A stretch of 64,000 nt of DNA from the human T2T-CHM13v2.0 reference genome, Homo sapiens, in assembly GCF_009914755.1 (NCBI RefSeq), contig NC_060935.1; one strand, 5' to 3'. The notes under the pieces were generated by a model that saw only the letters and a program-made list of their open reading frames with translations, had not been told where the DNA came from and did no database searches. The position numbers and the translations under genes are program-made. This document shows positions 27,201 to 41,587 of the stretch, piece after piece. Every line of letters begins with the position of its first letter. Within the stretch, counting starts at the first letter, position 1.

Positions 27201-29143
27201 CCCTCCTATACCTTTTTTATTGTTTCTCCCTCTTTCCCCACTCTATTGTTAGCCATCTTGTTATCAATGTAACTAGGTCTGACTCGCCCCAAACTATTGC
27301 TTTTGATGCTTGTCTGGTTACACCTTGTGGGGATCTAAAAAACCAAAGACAACTAGCCTTTTCAGATAAGTATCTTTGCCCTGGCCCTCTAATTCCAAAG
27401 TTTCCCCTAGCCCTCACCATTGTGATCACCTACAGCCAAGACGCCATTTCTTTATTTCCACAGCCTGACAGCCTTATAGTGTTTGAGACTATGTTCTCTA
27501 GACCACACAATACCAAAGTTAGACCTCTGCAGTGAGGGTTTGCATTAATCTAAAGCTTTACCTCCATTTTACCAAAGGAACTACTCCCCCTGATTGCCAG
27601 TCTCATCAATGCAACCCCATCCTCATTTCCATTACCATCTCTACCTCCACTGACCCTAGGCCCACCCTCAGTAGTCTCTATGGTGTAGGGGCCAATTATA
27701 ATGAGAGAGATCCTGTAAGTATCTTTCAAATATACCTCTTTTCCCACCTCCTCTTCCCCCATCCCTGATAATTTCAACTTTGAATGAAACACCTGTTATT
27801 CCTGTACCTAATGATAAAACCAAGGTGTCCCTGGTAAAAGTAAAAGATCTAAAACAAACCCTAGCAATTGAGACAGGACATCAAGATACAAATGCCTGAC
27901 TGGAATGAATTAAACATTCCATCCACACCCTAGGTAAAAGTGACTGTTATCCTTGTGCGCACGGTAGACCAGAGGCCCAGATCATCCCCTTTCTACTTGG
28001 ATGGTCTCCCCGTCAACCGGACATGAGCTGTATGGTAGCTCGTTTCTAAAACAGCACTGCCTGGGATGACTGATTGTGCCAAGCTGTTTCTCTGCTGTTC
28101 CCAGAAGTTCAACACCCTGTTAGCCCCTGAGGTCCATTCAGCCTCTGCCTTCCAATGTCAAGTTTACCTCATATCTCATGACAGGGAGAAGACTTGGCAT
28201 TCCTCAGAGACTTAAAGGGATACAAGAGCTTAGGCACTTCCAAGAGCTTACCCATCAGTCTGCCCTTAGTCATCCCTGAGCGGATGTCTGGTGGTATTGT
28301 GACAGACCCCTACTGGACACTCTGCCAAGTAACTGGAGTGGAATGTGTGCTCTAATTCAATTGGCTGTCCCTTTTACCTTGACATTTCATCAACCAGAGA
28401 AAGTAAAAACAAAATGCCATAGGCCAAGAGAGACCCCTTATAAGTCCTTTGATCCTCAGGATTATATAGATGCCATCGAGGTTCCACGAGGAGTGCCAAA
28501 TGAATTTAAAGCCCAAAACCAAATAGCTACAGGGTTTAAATCCACATTGTTATGGTGGGTAATTATTATTAAAAATGTAGATTAGATAAACTACATTTAC
28601 TCTAACCAACAACGATTTGTTAACTATACCAGAGATGCCATTTGAAGAATAGCTAAACAATTAGGGCCCAGCAGTCAAATGGCCTGGGAAAATAGAATAA
28701 CGTTAGATGTGATACTGACAGAAAAAGGTGGAGTTTGTGTCATGATTGGAACCCAGTGTTGTACTTTCATCCCTAACACAGCCCCTGATAAGATAATCAC
28801 AAAGGCCTTACAAGGCCTTACCCCTCTATCAGATGAATTAATTAAAAAATCTGAAATAGATGGCCCCTTTACAAGCCTCATGGAAAGGTGGTTCAGTGGA
28901 TAAAAAAAGTTAATAACTTCAATATTTACCTCCCTTGCAATTGTTATAAGTGTACTAATTCTCATTGAATGCTGCCTCATACCCTGTGCTCAAGGTTTAA
29001 TAGAAAGACTTATTGAGATGACTCTCACTAAAACCTTCCTCAATTCTCCCCCACCTTAGACAGATAAACTTTTCCTTTTAAAAGTTCAAGTGGAACAACA
29101 AAGTCAAGAAATGTTAAAAAGGTTTGAAGAGAAAAAATTATAA
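27190..29143 (+). pseudogene. env: ERV env, disrupted
   Basis: Signal-peptide-like start, immunosuppressive domain WENRITLDVILTEKGGVC and CX6CC (CVMIGTQCC), transmembrane stretch, stop at 29141-29143. Confidence 0.9.
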
Positions 29144-29161
29144 AAATCAAAAGGGGGAAAT

Positions 29162-29656
29162 TGTTAGATTCAGCTAGGTTCCTCTTCAGTTTGTCCAGTT
29201 CCCCCATTCTTTATTCTCTAAATTCCAAGTACTCCCCACCCCACTTTTGCTGCACAGTATCCTGTCTAAACATGCCTAGACATGATAAGCCCCAGTCCAC
29301 ATTCCTTTCCTTATGTACAAATAGTTTAACTTTCTTGTCCCCTGCAGGTGACCCCTTCCTCTTCTCCCTCTCTCCTCTATCACATGCCTACCTTATCTAA
29401 GAAAGTTTGAATGTTTAGCCAATTGAGACTAGTTTAGATTGTGCGGTCCAACCCCAGCCAATGGGGAAAGACACAGAAATAGAATCTGTGTTAGAAATAA
29501 AAACCCCTACTCTCCTTTATTCTGTGTGCTCTTACAGTCGTGACTGACAGACACAGCCCCCCAAACCCCCTTCTGCAAAACTAAATTTGCCTTGCTGAGA
29601 AATTCTTTGTCTCAGTGCTGGTTCTTCTTTGCGACACTGAGCATTTGTTTCCAACA
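29162..29656 (+). mobile_element. 3' LTR (LTR10B-like), complete
   Basis: TG...CA termini, preceded by PPT, followed by TSD, contains AATAAA. Confidence 0.9.
29268..29287. promoter_or_regulatory. p53 response-element-like site in the 3' LTR10
   Basis: AAACATGCCT AGACATGATA: one perfect RRRCWWGYYY half-site adjacent to a second with an intact CATG core. LTR10 subfamilies are known carriers of p53 sites. Confidence 0.55.
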
Positions 29657-29989
29657 GAGGCAAAGAGGCCCTGGAAGAACTAGATTTTGTCATAATCAAA
29701 GGTACAAATAGGATAACTTCCTCAGGCAGATATAAGAAGTATCATAGCAGCCACCAGCTACGCAGAATACAGGTTAACTGTCAAAGAGGCTCAGTCTTCC
29801 CTCTCTATTGCACTTATTGGGATAACTTTTCTTTTTCTACCTCTTTACACAGAAGATGAATACTACAATCTCAAGGAATAATATGATCTTTCTCCAATAA
29901 TGGTAATAGGAATTGAGGTTAAGTGCTCATTAATTAATTTATCATTGTTACATTTCTGGTAGGTTCACTCCAAGACCCATGGAATGTCA

Positions 29990-30215
29990 GAAAAATTGTT
30001 GGCTTTGGAAGCAGACTTTCCAGGGTTTTAAAATCTGTCTCAATACTAATTAGTTAGATGACGCTAGGAAAAGTACTTAATCTTTTTGAATGCCAGTTTA
30101 CTCATGGGTAAAATGGGGATAACAATGCTTCCCTTGTAGAACTGTTGTGAAGATTAAGATAATATATACTAATGGCTTAGCATACTACCTTGAATATAGT
30201 GAATGATAAATGTTG
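29990..30215 (+). mobile_element. MIR
   Basis: GGCTTTGGAAGCAGAC..AGTTTACTCATGGGTAAAATGGGGATAAC..GTTGTGAAGATTAA core. Confidence 0.75.
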
Positions 30216-33200
30216 TCTTTTTGTTTCACTTAGTTTCAAAGTCATCTTACCCTCATGGAAAATCTTGAAAAATATATTTGCATGTTTGTTCGCCATAATA
30301 TAGAACATTGCAAAGAGCATTAATCAGGACTTTATGAGTACTAATGGAAATATCTTGGAGAAGTTAGCAAAATTGAAAGAGCTAGGAACTAGGAAAACTG
30401 GATATTTATGTAGGCTGAGATTGATGCAGTTGGTTCTTCCCGTTTCCCAGTTTCCAAGAATGAAGACTAGTGTGGAGATGGAAAGAAAAATCTGTAGAAT
30501 GATGAAGAATATATATTTATCAGGAACCACTTGAACCTTGTATCAGAAGGACTAGAACTAGGAAATTAATACTTTTAAGATGCTTCTATTTTATTTTTGC
30601 TTATCTGTGCTTGGCTTCATTCTCTTCTGGTACAAATGTGTTTACTCTTCATGCAAGGGGATGGGGTTTTCAGCAGCTTGAAAAGTAATTTCCTTCTAGC
30701 TCTAGAGGATAGGGGAGTAAGGAGACAGCACTAGAAAAAAATCCTGGTGAAGAGCTCAACTGATCTGGCTTACTTCCTCTGCCCACTTCTGTAGTAATGA
30801 CTGTGACTAAGGCTCTAACTGTCCTAGGACTCTCCTAATTTGGATTGTGAACCTGTTCCTGTGAACCTGAGTGTGGACACCAGAGTGGGCTGTTTCCCCG
30901 TAAAACAGATGAGTGCTGGACAGACAAAAATGAAAGCCACAATAATTATTACTTTGTTCTTTCTAATCCTTACACTTATTTTTTTTCCTTGTCTTAACAC
31001 GTTAGCAAGAACATCCAAAGCAATGTTGAATGGTAGAAGTGATAGTGGATATCTTAATCTTCTTTCTGACTTTTATGGGAATGCTTTTAATATTTGCTGT
31101 AAGATTTTAATAGATACGAATTTAAAGAAGTTTTATCTGTTCTTATTATGCCAGGGTTTTTATTCTTTAAATCTTGAAAGGATGTTATTGAATGGTTGAG
31201 ACAAACTGAATTTTTTATCTAAAGTTTTAAAGATAATTATCATTTTTTCTCTATTTGATCTATTAATCTGGTCAATTAGATTGATGTTTTAAATGTTGAA
31301 CTGGTTTGGATATTTGGGATAGGTCTTTTAATATTATTCTTTTGCTACATGTTGAATTTGATTTATTTAAAAATATGATTTTTGATTCTGTTTGTAAGTG
31401 AGATTGACCAGTGGTTTTCTTGTACTCTCTCTGTGTAGCTTTGGAATCAGTGTTTGTCCAGCCTTCAAAAATGAGCTGGGCAACGTTTTTCTTTTGCTTA
31501 ACTCTAGAAAAGTTTTCATAAAATATGAATTATTTTTTCCTTGTAGGTTTGATAGAACTGTCTGTAAATGATCTGAGCTTGGTACCTTTTCTTTAGGGGG
31601 AGAATCTCTGAATATGATTTGCATTTTTAAGATGGTTATTGGCCTAGTCAGATTTTTAAACTTTGTAAACTGATTGTAGCAATTATTTTTCCTAGAAAAT
31701 AACCTTTTGGTACATTTTTAGTATTTATTAACTTGTTTACAGTATTTTTAAAAGGTTTTAAAAAGTTCTACTTTACCTGTAGTTATTTTCTATTTTTCCA
31801 TGCTTTAAATTGTTTATTTGTGCCTTACTTTTTTCCTCAACTAATTTTACAAGACATTTGTATTTATTTGGCTTTTTAAAGAGCCAGTGTTTGGTTTTGT
31901 TGATCACCTCCATTGCTTTGTTTTGTTTTTAATTCTTTTTTTGTTTTTTGCTTTCATCTTCATTAGATGTTTCTTTTTATTTTCTCTGCATGTAAATATT
32001 TTCTTGCTTATTGAATGAGAAACTTGGCTTGTTCATTTTCAGTCTTATGTGCTTTCTAATGAGTATCTTTAAGGCTGTTAAGTACAACTTTAGCTATGTC
32101 CCACAGCATTTGATATGTACTAACTTGTTGTCATCCTGTTCTAAATCTTTTGTAGTTTTCTATTTTGATTTCCTTTATAAATCTATGACTTACTGTACAT
32201 AGCAGTATATTTTCTGCTTGGTAAATGTATAGGATTTGGAGAGGAGTTATCTTTTTGAGGTTTATTTATAATTTCCTGATATTGTGATCAGAGAATACTG
32301 TTTGCATGATACCAATTTTTTATGATTTATTGAGATTTCCTTTCAAATTTAGTACTTGGTCAATATTTATAAATGGCCCTTGTTTGCTTGAAAAGAATGT
32401 ACATTCACTGTTGGGTGCAGAGTTCTATGTAGTAGTTTGTGCTTATTCATTACCTATATCTATATTTTACTTGCTTGGATTTTCAGTTTCAAAAAGGTAG
32501 TTGAAAATTTTTCATTATGAAAACTCGAAACCATGATATTCTAGTTGGTAATTTCTAGTTTACTGTTCCCATCTCCTCAATGTCAACTGTTTTGCTATCA
32601 TTTTGTTTTGGTGTTTGTTTTTTAAAAATTCCTATGAAGAATAATTTCTTTCAAAAGATGTATTTAACACCTTGAAATACATTGTATCTAATAACATACT
32701 TGGCCTTCTGCCATCTTCTTTTCTGCTCTACAGTGATACTTCTTTCTCTTTTATTGTGTCTTTCCTGATTTCTGTTAGATTGGTGAGTTTTTAAATAAAT
32801 TATTTGCTTTATTTTCCTTTTTTAATGATTTGGAAATTACATGTTTTATTTTAATTTTTATTAGTGGGTATTCTAAAAATGTTTCTCAGCAATGTCCAAA
32901 GTTTATCATTTTTCTTCTGAACAAGATAAAATCTTTAGGTTACTTTCACTTCTCTTTGGGTTAGTTCTCTAAAGTTCCTATATAATTGATTTCTGAAAAT
33001 TATATGCCAACTTGTTATTACACCTGTGAAAATTGTTTTTATTCATTGTTGTTATCTATTTAGCCATAGATTATAAAGCTTTTATTTTAATCTTGCATTG
33101 CACTATGTCCTTCTAAGTTTATTTTTCTTGTTGAGTATAACCTTTTGTAGTTCTTTCACTGAGGTTTGTGGAAGGTAAACTTTTTGATCCTTCAGAGTTT

Positions 33201-35558
33201 TGAAATATCTTTACTCCTCAGTCTTGAATGATCATTAAATGGGTGTAGAATTTAACGTTGTGCGTTATTTTGTTCTCATAATTTTGAAGACATATTTGTC
33301 AATTGTCTTGACATCTAATGAGGATGATAAAGCTAATAATATGATTATCTTCATTGTAGATAATCTGTTCTTACTCTTTAGTTGTTTTTAGAATTCCTCA
33401 TCATTTTCAAGGTTTACCATAATTGATCTCTGTATAAGTTTTGAAAACTTATTCTTCTTAGTGGTCCAAATCATTTTCAATATTTAGGAATAGTGCTTCT
33501 TCAATAGTGGGGAATTACCAGTCTTTTTCTTTAAATATTGCTCATTCACTATTCTATTTTGTTCTTCTGAAAATCTTATTTTTATTTGGAACATTTGGTC
33601 TTATGCACTTATATTTGTTAGCATCTCACCTCCCATGTAAAAAATATCTTTCTTTCTTTGTACTACTTTATGGGATGATTGCCTCAATTTGGCCTGTCAA
33701 GTCATGAATTTGTCAATAGCATTTTATTGAATATGTGTCCTATTATTGATGCTTAAACTTCTGTTAAAATATTATGCATTTCTAAGATTTTGAATTGATT
33801 GTTTTAAAATAACCACTCATTTATTATTTCATTATCACTTCTTTTTTCATTCGCCTTCTGTCTTGTTTCCCTGTTCCTTTTCATTAATTCAGAGAATGTT
33901 AAAAATACTTATTTTGTGGTCTGCTTTAGAGTTTCCCTATTTAGTTTAAGTGCTTCTGTGTTCTGAGTTCGTTATTTGCTTTTTCCTGTGCTACTTTTTT
34001 TCACAGGTGCTCAGTGATTGTTATTTGTAGTTTATCTTCACAGAAAGGTTTCTTCAGCACATGTCCAAGAACCCAGAAATGGTCTCAGGAGGGCTTAGCA
34101 TTTAACACATGGGGCGTGACTTCAACTAAGCTTGGGTAAGTTTCTAACTTGAGGTTTCTGACCCTTAAAAAGTGTAAGTTTTTAAGGACAGGTGATTTCC
34201 TTGAACTTGGCTCACATTCTTTCATTGCTGGGTGGTAATTCGCTTGACCTGGCTTCACCCAGTTGGTACCATCTTTGCCATCTGGGCACAGTTTGGGAGG
34301 CCTTGCCTGTACTCCAAGCACTTGGTCTAGTTTTACTCCTGGTCCTCTGAGCCAGTCAGCATTCACCCCAACTCACCACAGTGAATTCTGTCTCTCTGTT
34401 CTTCCAGAAAGCATAGTGGCTTTTAGAATAACTGCTCTAGTTTGGGAACAATGATTCTTGCTTTCTTTGCTTTAAGAAGGCTTAGGTGTTATAAATTAAC
34501 ATTAGGATCTTAAATTGGAAATAGTATTTTCAATATTTACATTTAAATTTATGGTTCATTAGGACATGTTTTTATGTGCTAACGTATGAATTCAGGTTCC
34601 CTGTATCCCCAAAAAGGTGCACCGTATGGCCACGTCTTTTATTGATTTGTCCACCTCTACCCAGATGGCAAATTTATTTTGTACTCATTTTCCATAAATA
34701 TTTTGGTCTAATTATGAACTTTTTTGTGTATCAATTATATGTCAGTTTTGGTTTCTTCACCACACTTTCAACTGTAGCATTAGCACCTGTCTTTATATGA
34801 AACAGGGCAAACTTTCCTTCATCACTCTTCCAAAATTTCTTTAGATATTTTTGTGTTTATTCTTTCAGCTAAACTTTAGAGTAATTTTATCATTTAAAAA
34901 ATTCTTTTGGTGTTTTGAATAAGACTATATAACATTTATACAGAATTGAACTTCCAAACAAAGAACAAGAAGCATGTATTTCATTAATATAATCTTCTAT
35001 TGCAGCTTGATAGCTTTGTATCAATAGGACATTTTTGACTTTATTTCTAGGAATTTTGTTTGTTGTTTTTATTGATGTAAATATAATTTTATCTTAGATG
35101 ATTGCCTAATTACTTATTATTTACATATATTTTTATTCAGTTGAATACATTAACACTCATTTTTTTCTAATAGTTTTATATATCAGAATTTTGAATTTTC
35201 CAGTTGTCTACTCAACTGCAAATAAGGATAATTTTCTATTCCCATTGACTAATTCTTGCAAAACGATGTTAAATAGTATTAAATAGCAGTTATCCTTTTG
35301 TTTCTTCCAAATTTAATGGGATAGCTTTCAGTGTTTTGGGCTTTTGTTTTGATACTTTATGTAACCATTTTAAGAGACTACATAAGTTATGACAGTGGCC
35401 ATAAATAAGAACAGTTCAACTAAAAGTGGCTTAAAAATGAGGAAAAGCTTTCATGTCACATTGTATACTTTGAGAGGCAGAGTCCTGGAGTTAATTTGGT
35501 GACAACTCTGTTATCAAGCACCCAAGGGCTTTTTATCTTTCTGTTCTGTCATCCTTAG

Positions 35559-35913
<355 letters not shown>

Positions 35914-36481
35914 TGTAATTTCAAGTATCACATATAGACTAAGCGCATCTGGTAGTAAGGAAAGTTGGGTTTCCTTCCTTCCAGGCATCATTTTATTAAT
36001 TAGTGAGACAAATTTTTCTTAACTTTCTCCAGCACATTTTTCTTCACTTCCCATTGGCAAGGACATTGTTACATATCCATGTACAAACTCATCCAGAGCG
36101 AAGGAAGTGACCACTGTGGTAGATATAAACTAATCATCATATTTACTCTCTAAATCCAGGGAAGGTATGGTCACATTCTCTGAGCCCATATCCACATACA
36201 AACTCACCCAGGGCAAAGGAAAAATGACCACTCTGTTAGTTTTATGAACACCAAAAAAGCTTTGGAATGACCTCTTTCTTGAAGGCTTAGAATAATTCAA
36301 CTGTGAATAATCTGGGCTTAGTAGTTTTTTGGATGAGTAGGTGAAGGGTGAAGAACTGAACCAAATTAGGATTGTGCCTGTTAGAAGGGGATAGGGTGTG
36401 ACTACAGTTGGATAGTCCATAGTGTCTTCCAAAGGGAATTTCCACCTTCATTTTTCTCCAGAATTTATCAGTGGCCATTGT

Positions 36482-36520
36482 TGTGTGTGTGTGTGTATGT
36501 GTGTGTGTGTGTGTGTGTGT
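36482..36520. repeat. (TG)n microsatellite
   Basis: TG run with one TA interruption. Confidence 0.97.
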
Positions 36521-36734
36521 TTAAATGCCTCTTGCCAACAATCAAGCTGATCATATAAGATTTTTCAATGGACTTTTGTTAGGAAAAAAGTTATTGATCG
36601 ATTTGTTAAAAAAATCTATCTTTGAACTATCTCTTCATATTTTGAATGAATCTAATTGGTAATTAGAGATGATTTTGAAAACTTATTTGTCGATTGTATT
36701 TGTAAATCTTTTTATTAGTATTTAAAATAAATAT

Positions 36735-37026
<292 letters not shown>

Positions 37027-40000
37027 TAAAATAAATATTAATAATTTTCAAATAAATATTAACACATAAATATTTAGTGAGTATTTAAAATCAAGGCTTT
37101 ATAACTATGAGGGTGTGTGTGTGTGCACGCATGCATTGTCAGGTTTTAGAATCAGTGTTATGTAGCCTTTGTAAAGAGGATTTCAAATATCTCTATCTTT
37201 CTCCCTATATTGGTTGAGTTTTTCTTTATTTCTCATTGGCCAGGGCATTGCTACATATCCACATAAAAACTCACCCAGGGCAAAGGAAAAGTGACCACTC
37301 TGTTAGTCTTAGAAGCACCAGAAAAGCTTTGGAATGATCCTCTTTCTTGAAGGCTTAGAATAATTCAACTGTGAATAATCTGGGCTTAGCAGCTTTTTGG
37401 ATGAGTAGGTTTTTGACAACTTTCTCAATTTCTTCCATGTTTAGTGGTCTATCTAGTTTTCTATTTCTGTGATAAAGTGTGTTTTTGTAAAAAATAATTT
37501 ATTTTACTCAAGCATTAAAATTTTCAAGCAAGAAGCTTGCATTTCAGGCAAGTTTACAAAGTATTCCCTTTCAGTTATTTACTCTTTACTTGTGGTTATT
37601 TACCTTTACTTGACCCTAATTTTCTGTACTTGGGTTATTTCTCAGTTTCCTAGAAAGTGTTTCTTCCCTTTTGTTGTTCATTTATTAATTTTTAGTTAAA
37701 TAATTATTTTTGTCTATTGTATAATTTTTATTTATTTTTATGTTTAGTAATCCTTCCTATTTGTATTTTGGAGTCAATTTGTCTTTAAAAAGTTCTTAAT
37801 TCAAGAGATTAATTAATTAAATTATTTCTTATGCAGTGATCTAAGCAGTATTACACAAAGTTTATGGGAAGCCATTGTTTTGAACTAGCCTTCTGCAGTA
37901 CGCCCCAGGAGACTAGACCAAACCAGAACAGAGTCACTCATGCTGAGTGACATGTAATCAAACTGAACTTTGAAACAGGCTGGTTGTCTTAAAAAATAGG
38001 AGATTATAGTTAACCTGAGTCAGCATAATAAGAAAGTCTATGTTTTAACTGTTGGGTGCCTTATTACCTGACTTATTTTATGTTTGAAAATGTATGTCTG
38101 CTACCTTAGAACTTGAACAAAAATTTGCTCATTTATATATTCATGAGTCATATTTTTCTTATTTTAAATTGTGTATACAGTCTTTCATCATTTTCTGGCA
38201 TTACATGTTCCCACCTAGTAGTCTGTGGGTAGCCTGATTTTTTTCTCCTCTTACTATTTTCTTCTGGTTGCCTGAAGAATTGATTTTGCAATTTTAAAGT
38301 TTGGCAACTCATTAGGGTGTGTCTTGTTAGTTGTTTCTACTAATACTTCCTAGAACAATGTATATACCCTTTTAATTTGGAGATTGTTTTACCTTTTAGG
38401 GGATTCTTTTATTTCTGTATTATATTTTTTAAGAAATTTTTGAATATTACCTTAAGGACATTGAAATTGATAGTTTTCCTTTCCATTTTATTATTTTTGC
38501 TTTTCCTTTGTACCCAAGTAGGCCGTTACTGAATATTTGTGACCTAGAGCCTAAAGAAGAATATTAGTAACCTTCATTCACCTCTCCTGGGTGCTTTGAT
38601 GATTAATGTTCCATAAAAATTCTAAATTAAAATTTTAATTAAAGCACATATGTGAATTAATAAGATTGGGGATCAGAGTCCCAATTTAGCTACTTTGCTA
38701 GATTTTTTTTCAAAAGTGGAGGATAAATCATTTTTTTCTGAGAAAATCACACAGTACAATAATTTGATGCAGTCTGTTTTCCTACATATTCAGCAACTTG
38801 AATAAAAGTACTAAATAAATATTTTAAATTGTTGAAAGAATCACCTTCATTTTATTTGTCTTAAGATGTGAAATAGAAGAAGGTATTAAACCATGTAGAG
38901 TGCAGGTTTGTGCTTGTCTTTTCTTATTTTCTGAGGCTCTGTTTCCTATTGCTATAGGAATGCTACTTACATAGGAGAGCCAGATTTGACCCATCTTACC
39001 TGCAATTGGAGATGTATAGATAGACACGCTTGTTCAATATTTCAGGTCTGTCTTTAATTTTGGATTTTATTATGTCTATTTCCAAAATTTATTTACAGCA
39101 AATATGTACAATTAAACCAATTATAAGACAAAATATTTAAAACTAAAAGTTGGATACAAACATAGCAGGAATCATTATTATTATATTTTTAAAACCACAT
39201 TTTCCATCTAAGTATTTTTTTGCAGGATAGTTTTGAAAAAAATAGATATAAAATTAGGAGCTAGAATATTGCTGTTCTTTAAGTTCAGTTTTTATCTTCC
39301 AAAGTTTTAATAAAATCAATGAAACATATGAAAATTAAGGAATGGCCTGAGTTTCATGTCTGGCACTTAGGGAGTACCCTTATCTCCTGTGGTTCCTATC
39401 TCCAGGAAGAAAGATTTCAGTTGGAATAAGCTCTGACTCTTTACAGAGGAGGAGAAATGACTTATCTGATTGGTGAGATTGGGAGAATAAATGAATTTAG
39501 TGTCTTCTGGGTGTCTTTTTCTTTTTTTTTTTTCCTTAGAACCAATCTCACTTCTCCTCCATGTAGTAACTCACAGGGAAAAAGTGAAAAGAACAGTGGC
39601 TTTCTATCCATGAAAGTGACTGGACAGATGGACTCATGTATTTCAAGTTGCAGGCAGTAGATAATTAATAAGTATATGTGGTTATGGATCCAAAGACACC
39701 TTCTCCAATCAGCTTTATTAGTAATATAACTGACATTTTGGCATCCACGTCTCCAGATTCAAGTTTGATTTCTTAATTTGTTCTAACAAAGGAAGGAAAG
39801 ATTGAGTCTGTTTATTGAGTCTATATAAGATCCCAAATGTAGGTATCAGATACATCAAATAAGAAAGCAGGAGCTCAGTACCTGAAGTGGCTCTGAGATT
39901 GTACAGCATCTAGGAATTCTTGGAAATTGTCAGGGAGGATTTTAGACTTAGAAGTGGGGATTTAAATTACTCAAATTTTTATCAAATTACTCAAACTTTG

Positions 40001-40989
40001 GCCCTTCAGTTTGCTTGTCTACCAAATAGATATAACAGTATTAACTTCAAAAGTGTATATATATATATTATATATCACATATCTCATAGGTGATATGTAT
40101 CATACATGTATAGCTTAGGAAAGCAACTGATACATAGAGCTCCATCATGGTTATTTATTACTATCACTATTATTATGATTACTATTAGAGGATCAATGGA
40201 GATTGAATGTTGGTTGCTGTATTTTAGCATAGAAAATAAAGTCTGTATTCTGGTCACAAACCTCGGTCAAATTACACTTGGTGAGAAGCGTAGAGAGTTG
40301 GGGGTGATCCCAGAGATCTAGAAGAACTTGAAATGGATTATTTTGGAGTATGCTTTTGCATACTCCAGCGGAGGTGAATTAAACTAGAAGAAGGTTGTGT
40401 GTCAAGCTAGAATAGGGGATGATAAAAGAGCAATAAGGTGGACAGCCAGAGGATTCAGGAAAACAGGGCAAGATGCAGATCAGATGAATTTAGACTATTC
40501 AGGAACAACATTTAAAACACTAGGCTTGAGACAGGATGTTTTCTTTATGCAGAACTTAAAAGCATTTGCCAGAATGGCAACAGACCCTTGAAGAAACAAC
40601 ATAGGCTTTCTTGAGAACAAGATAGCTTCCTTCTAGTTTCTGTGTCTCTTATTTATTAAGTAAATTGTTCATTCATCTTCCCCTACATGTTCAGTACTGC
40701 TAGGTACTGTGAGGGATGTTGGTGAAGCAGAATACATGCATATTAACCTTTACATAGTTTCTAAACTATGTTATGGAAATAATATTAGTTCAATTCTATA
40801 TTTTGTGAAGTTCACAGCACTGAATTATGTCCTGGAGCACAAAAATTTAAAAAGCTGTTTCTAATCTCCTTGGGAAGAAAAGCAGCTGAGAAATCAAGGT
40901 AGGCAATGATAAAGTCACATTGTTGCTGTGAAATTCAAGACAACACCATTTAATTTTTTAAAACATGAAAAATTAGTTATTATGTGTTG

Positions 40990-41587
40990 AATGCAAGTGC
41001 CACAATGAAGAATGTTCCTATCGTTGTTTCCCCCACGCTACGTGGTTCTATGCTGCTTCTATCATCTATGCAGCATGATGTTAACTTCGGGCTCTATTAT
41101 AAAGGCTTGCGATAGTCTACAGAAGCTGGATACATGGCTATTAGTACAGTGAAAACTGTTGTGAGCAATCTGTACTCCTTGTTCTCATTTCATGAAGGTT
41201 TTCCACTCTTCTCAAATATAAGCAGTGACATTTGGCTCTCGCTTGTTCCTCTGCTTGGGAGGAGTGACTGGCACCCAGTTGATCATACAAGTCCAAACGT
41301 GGGACCATTCTTCTGGTTTGTGGGCAATATGTAGGACATGGCTCTTGCTTCATGTCAGTCCTGCCTTTGCTCAGGGACCGTGTATATTCTTGATTCCTCC
41401 TTCTTGAGATAGCAGATAAAAAAGGACCTATTTCTGGTCGGTCAGCCAAGCCTCTGTTCTTTTAGAGTTTTCCCATGTGTCGCTGGGTGGAGACTTCTGT
41501 TTCACTAGCTTTTGAAGGTTTAAGTTTTTGGAGTGAGGTAGGAGGTTCCACTGTGATTACCAGATGAGCTTTGCCAATAACAAATAC
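40990..41587 (-). pseudogene. Candidate antisense decayed coding exon with an IQ-like motif, nested in the large intron
   Basis: Minus-strand acceptor cttttcag|GTATTT at 41587. About 148 codons with one stop (41462-41464; includes ORF 41141..41449). The same frame continues FSLY**PCIQLL*TIASLYNRARS*HHAA*MIEAA*NHVAWGKQR. No repeat recognised here. Confidence 0.4.

Larger units (their letters stand above)
21497..29656 (+). mobile_element. HERV-I / HERVIP10-type class I endogenous provirus with LTR10-family LTRs, defective
   Basis: Two homologous LTRs starting TGTTAGAT, 3' LTR ending CCAACA. 5-bp TSD GAGGC at 21492-21496 and 29657-29661. Polypurine tract aaagggggaaa before 29162. gag-pro-pol-env remnants in order. 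Confidence 0.93.

Noticed and set aside
22361-29143. Possible domesticated retroviral gene (syncytin-like env or gag)
   Set aside because: All frames are broken into pieces of 150 aa or less and the catalytic motifs are mutated.
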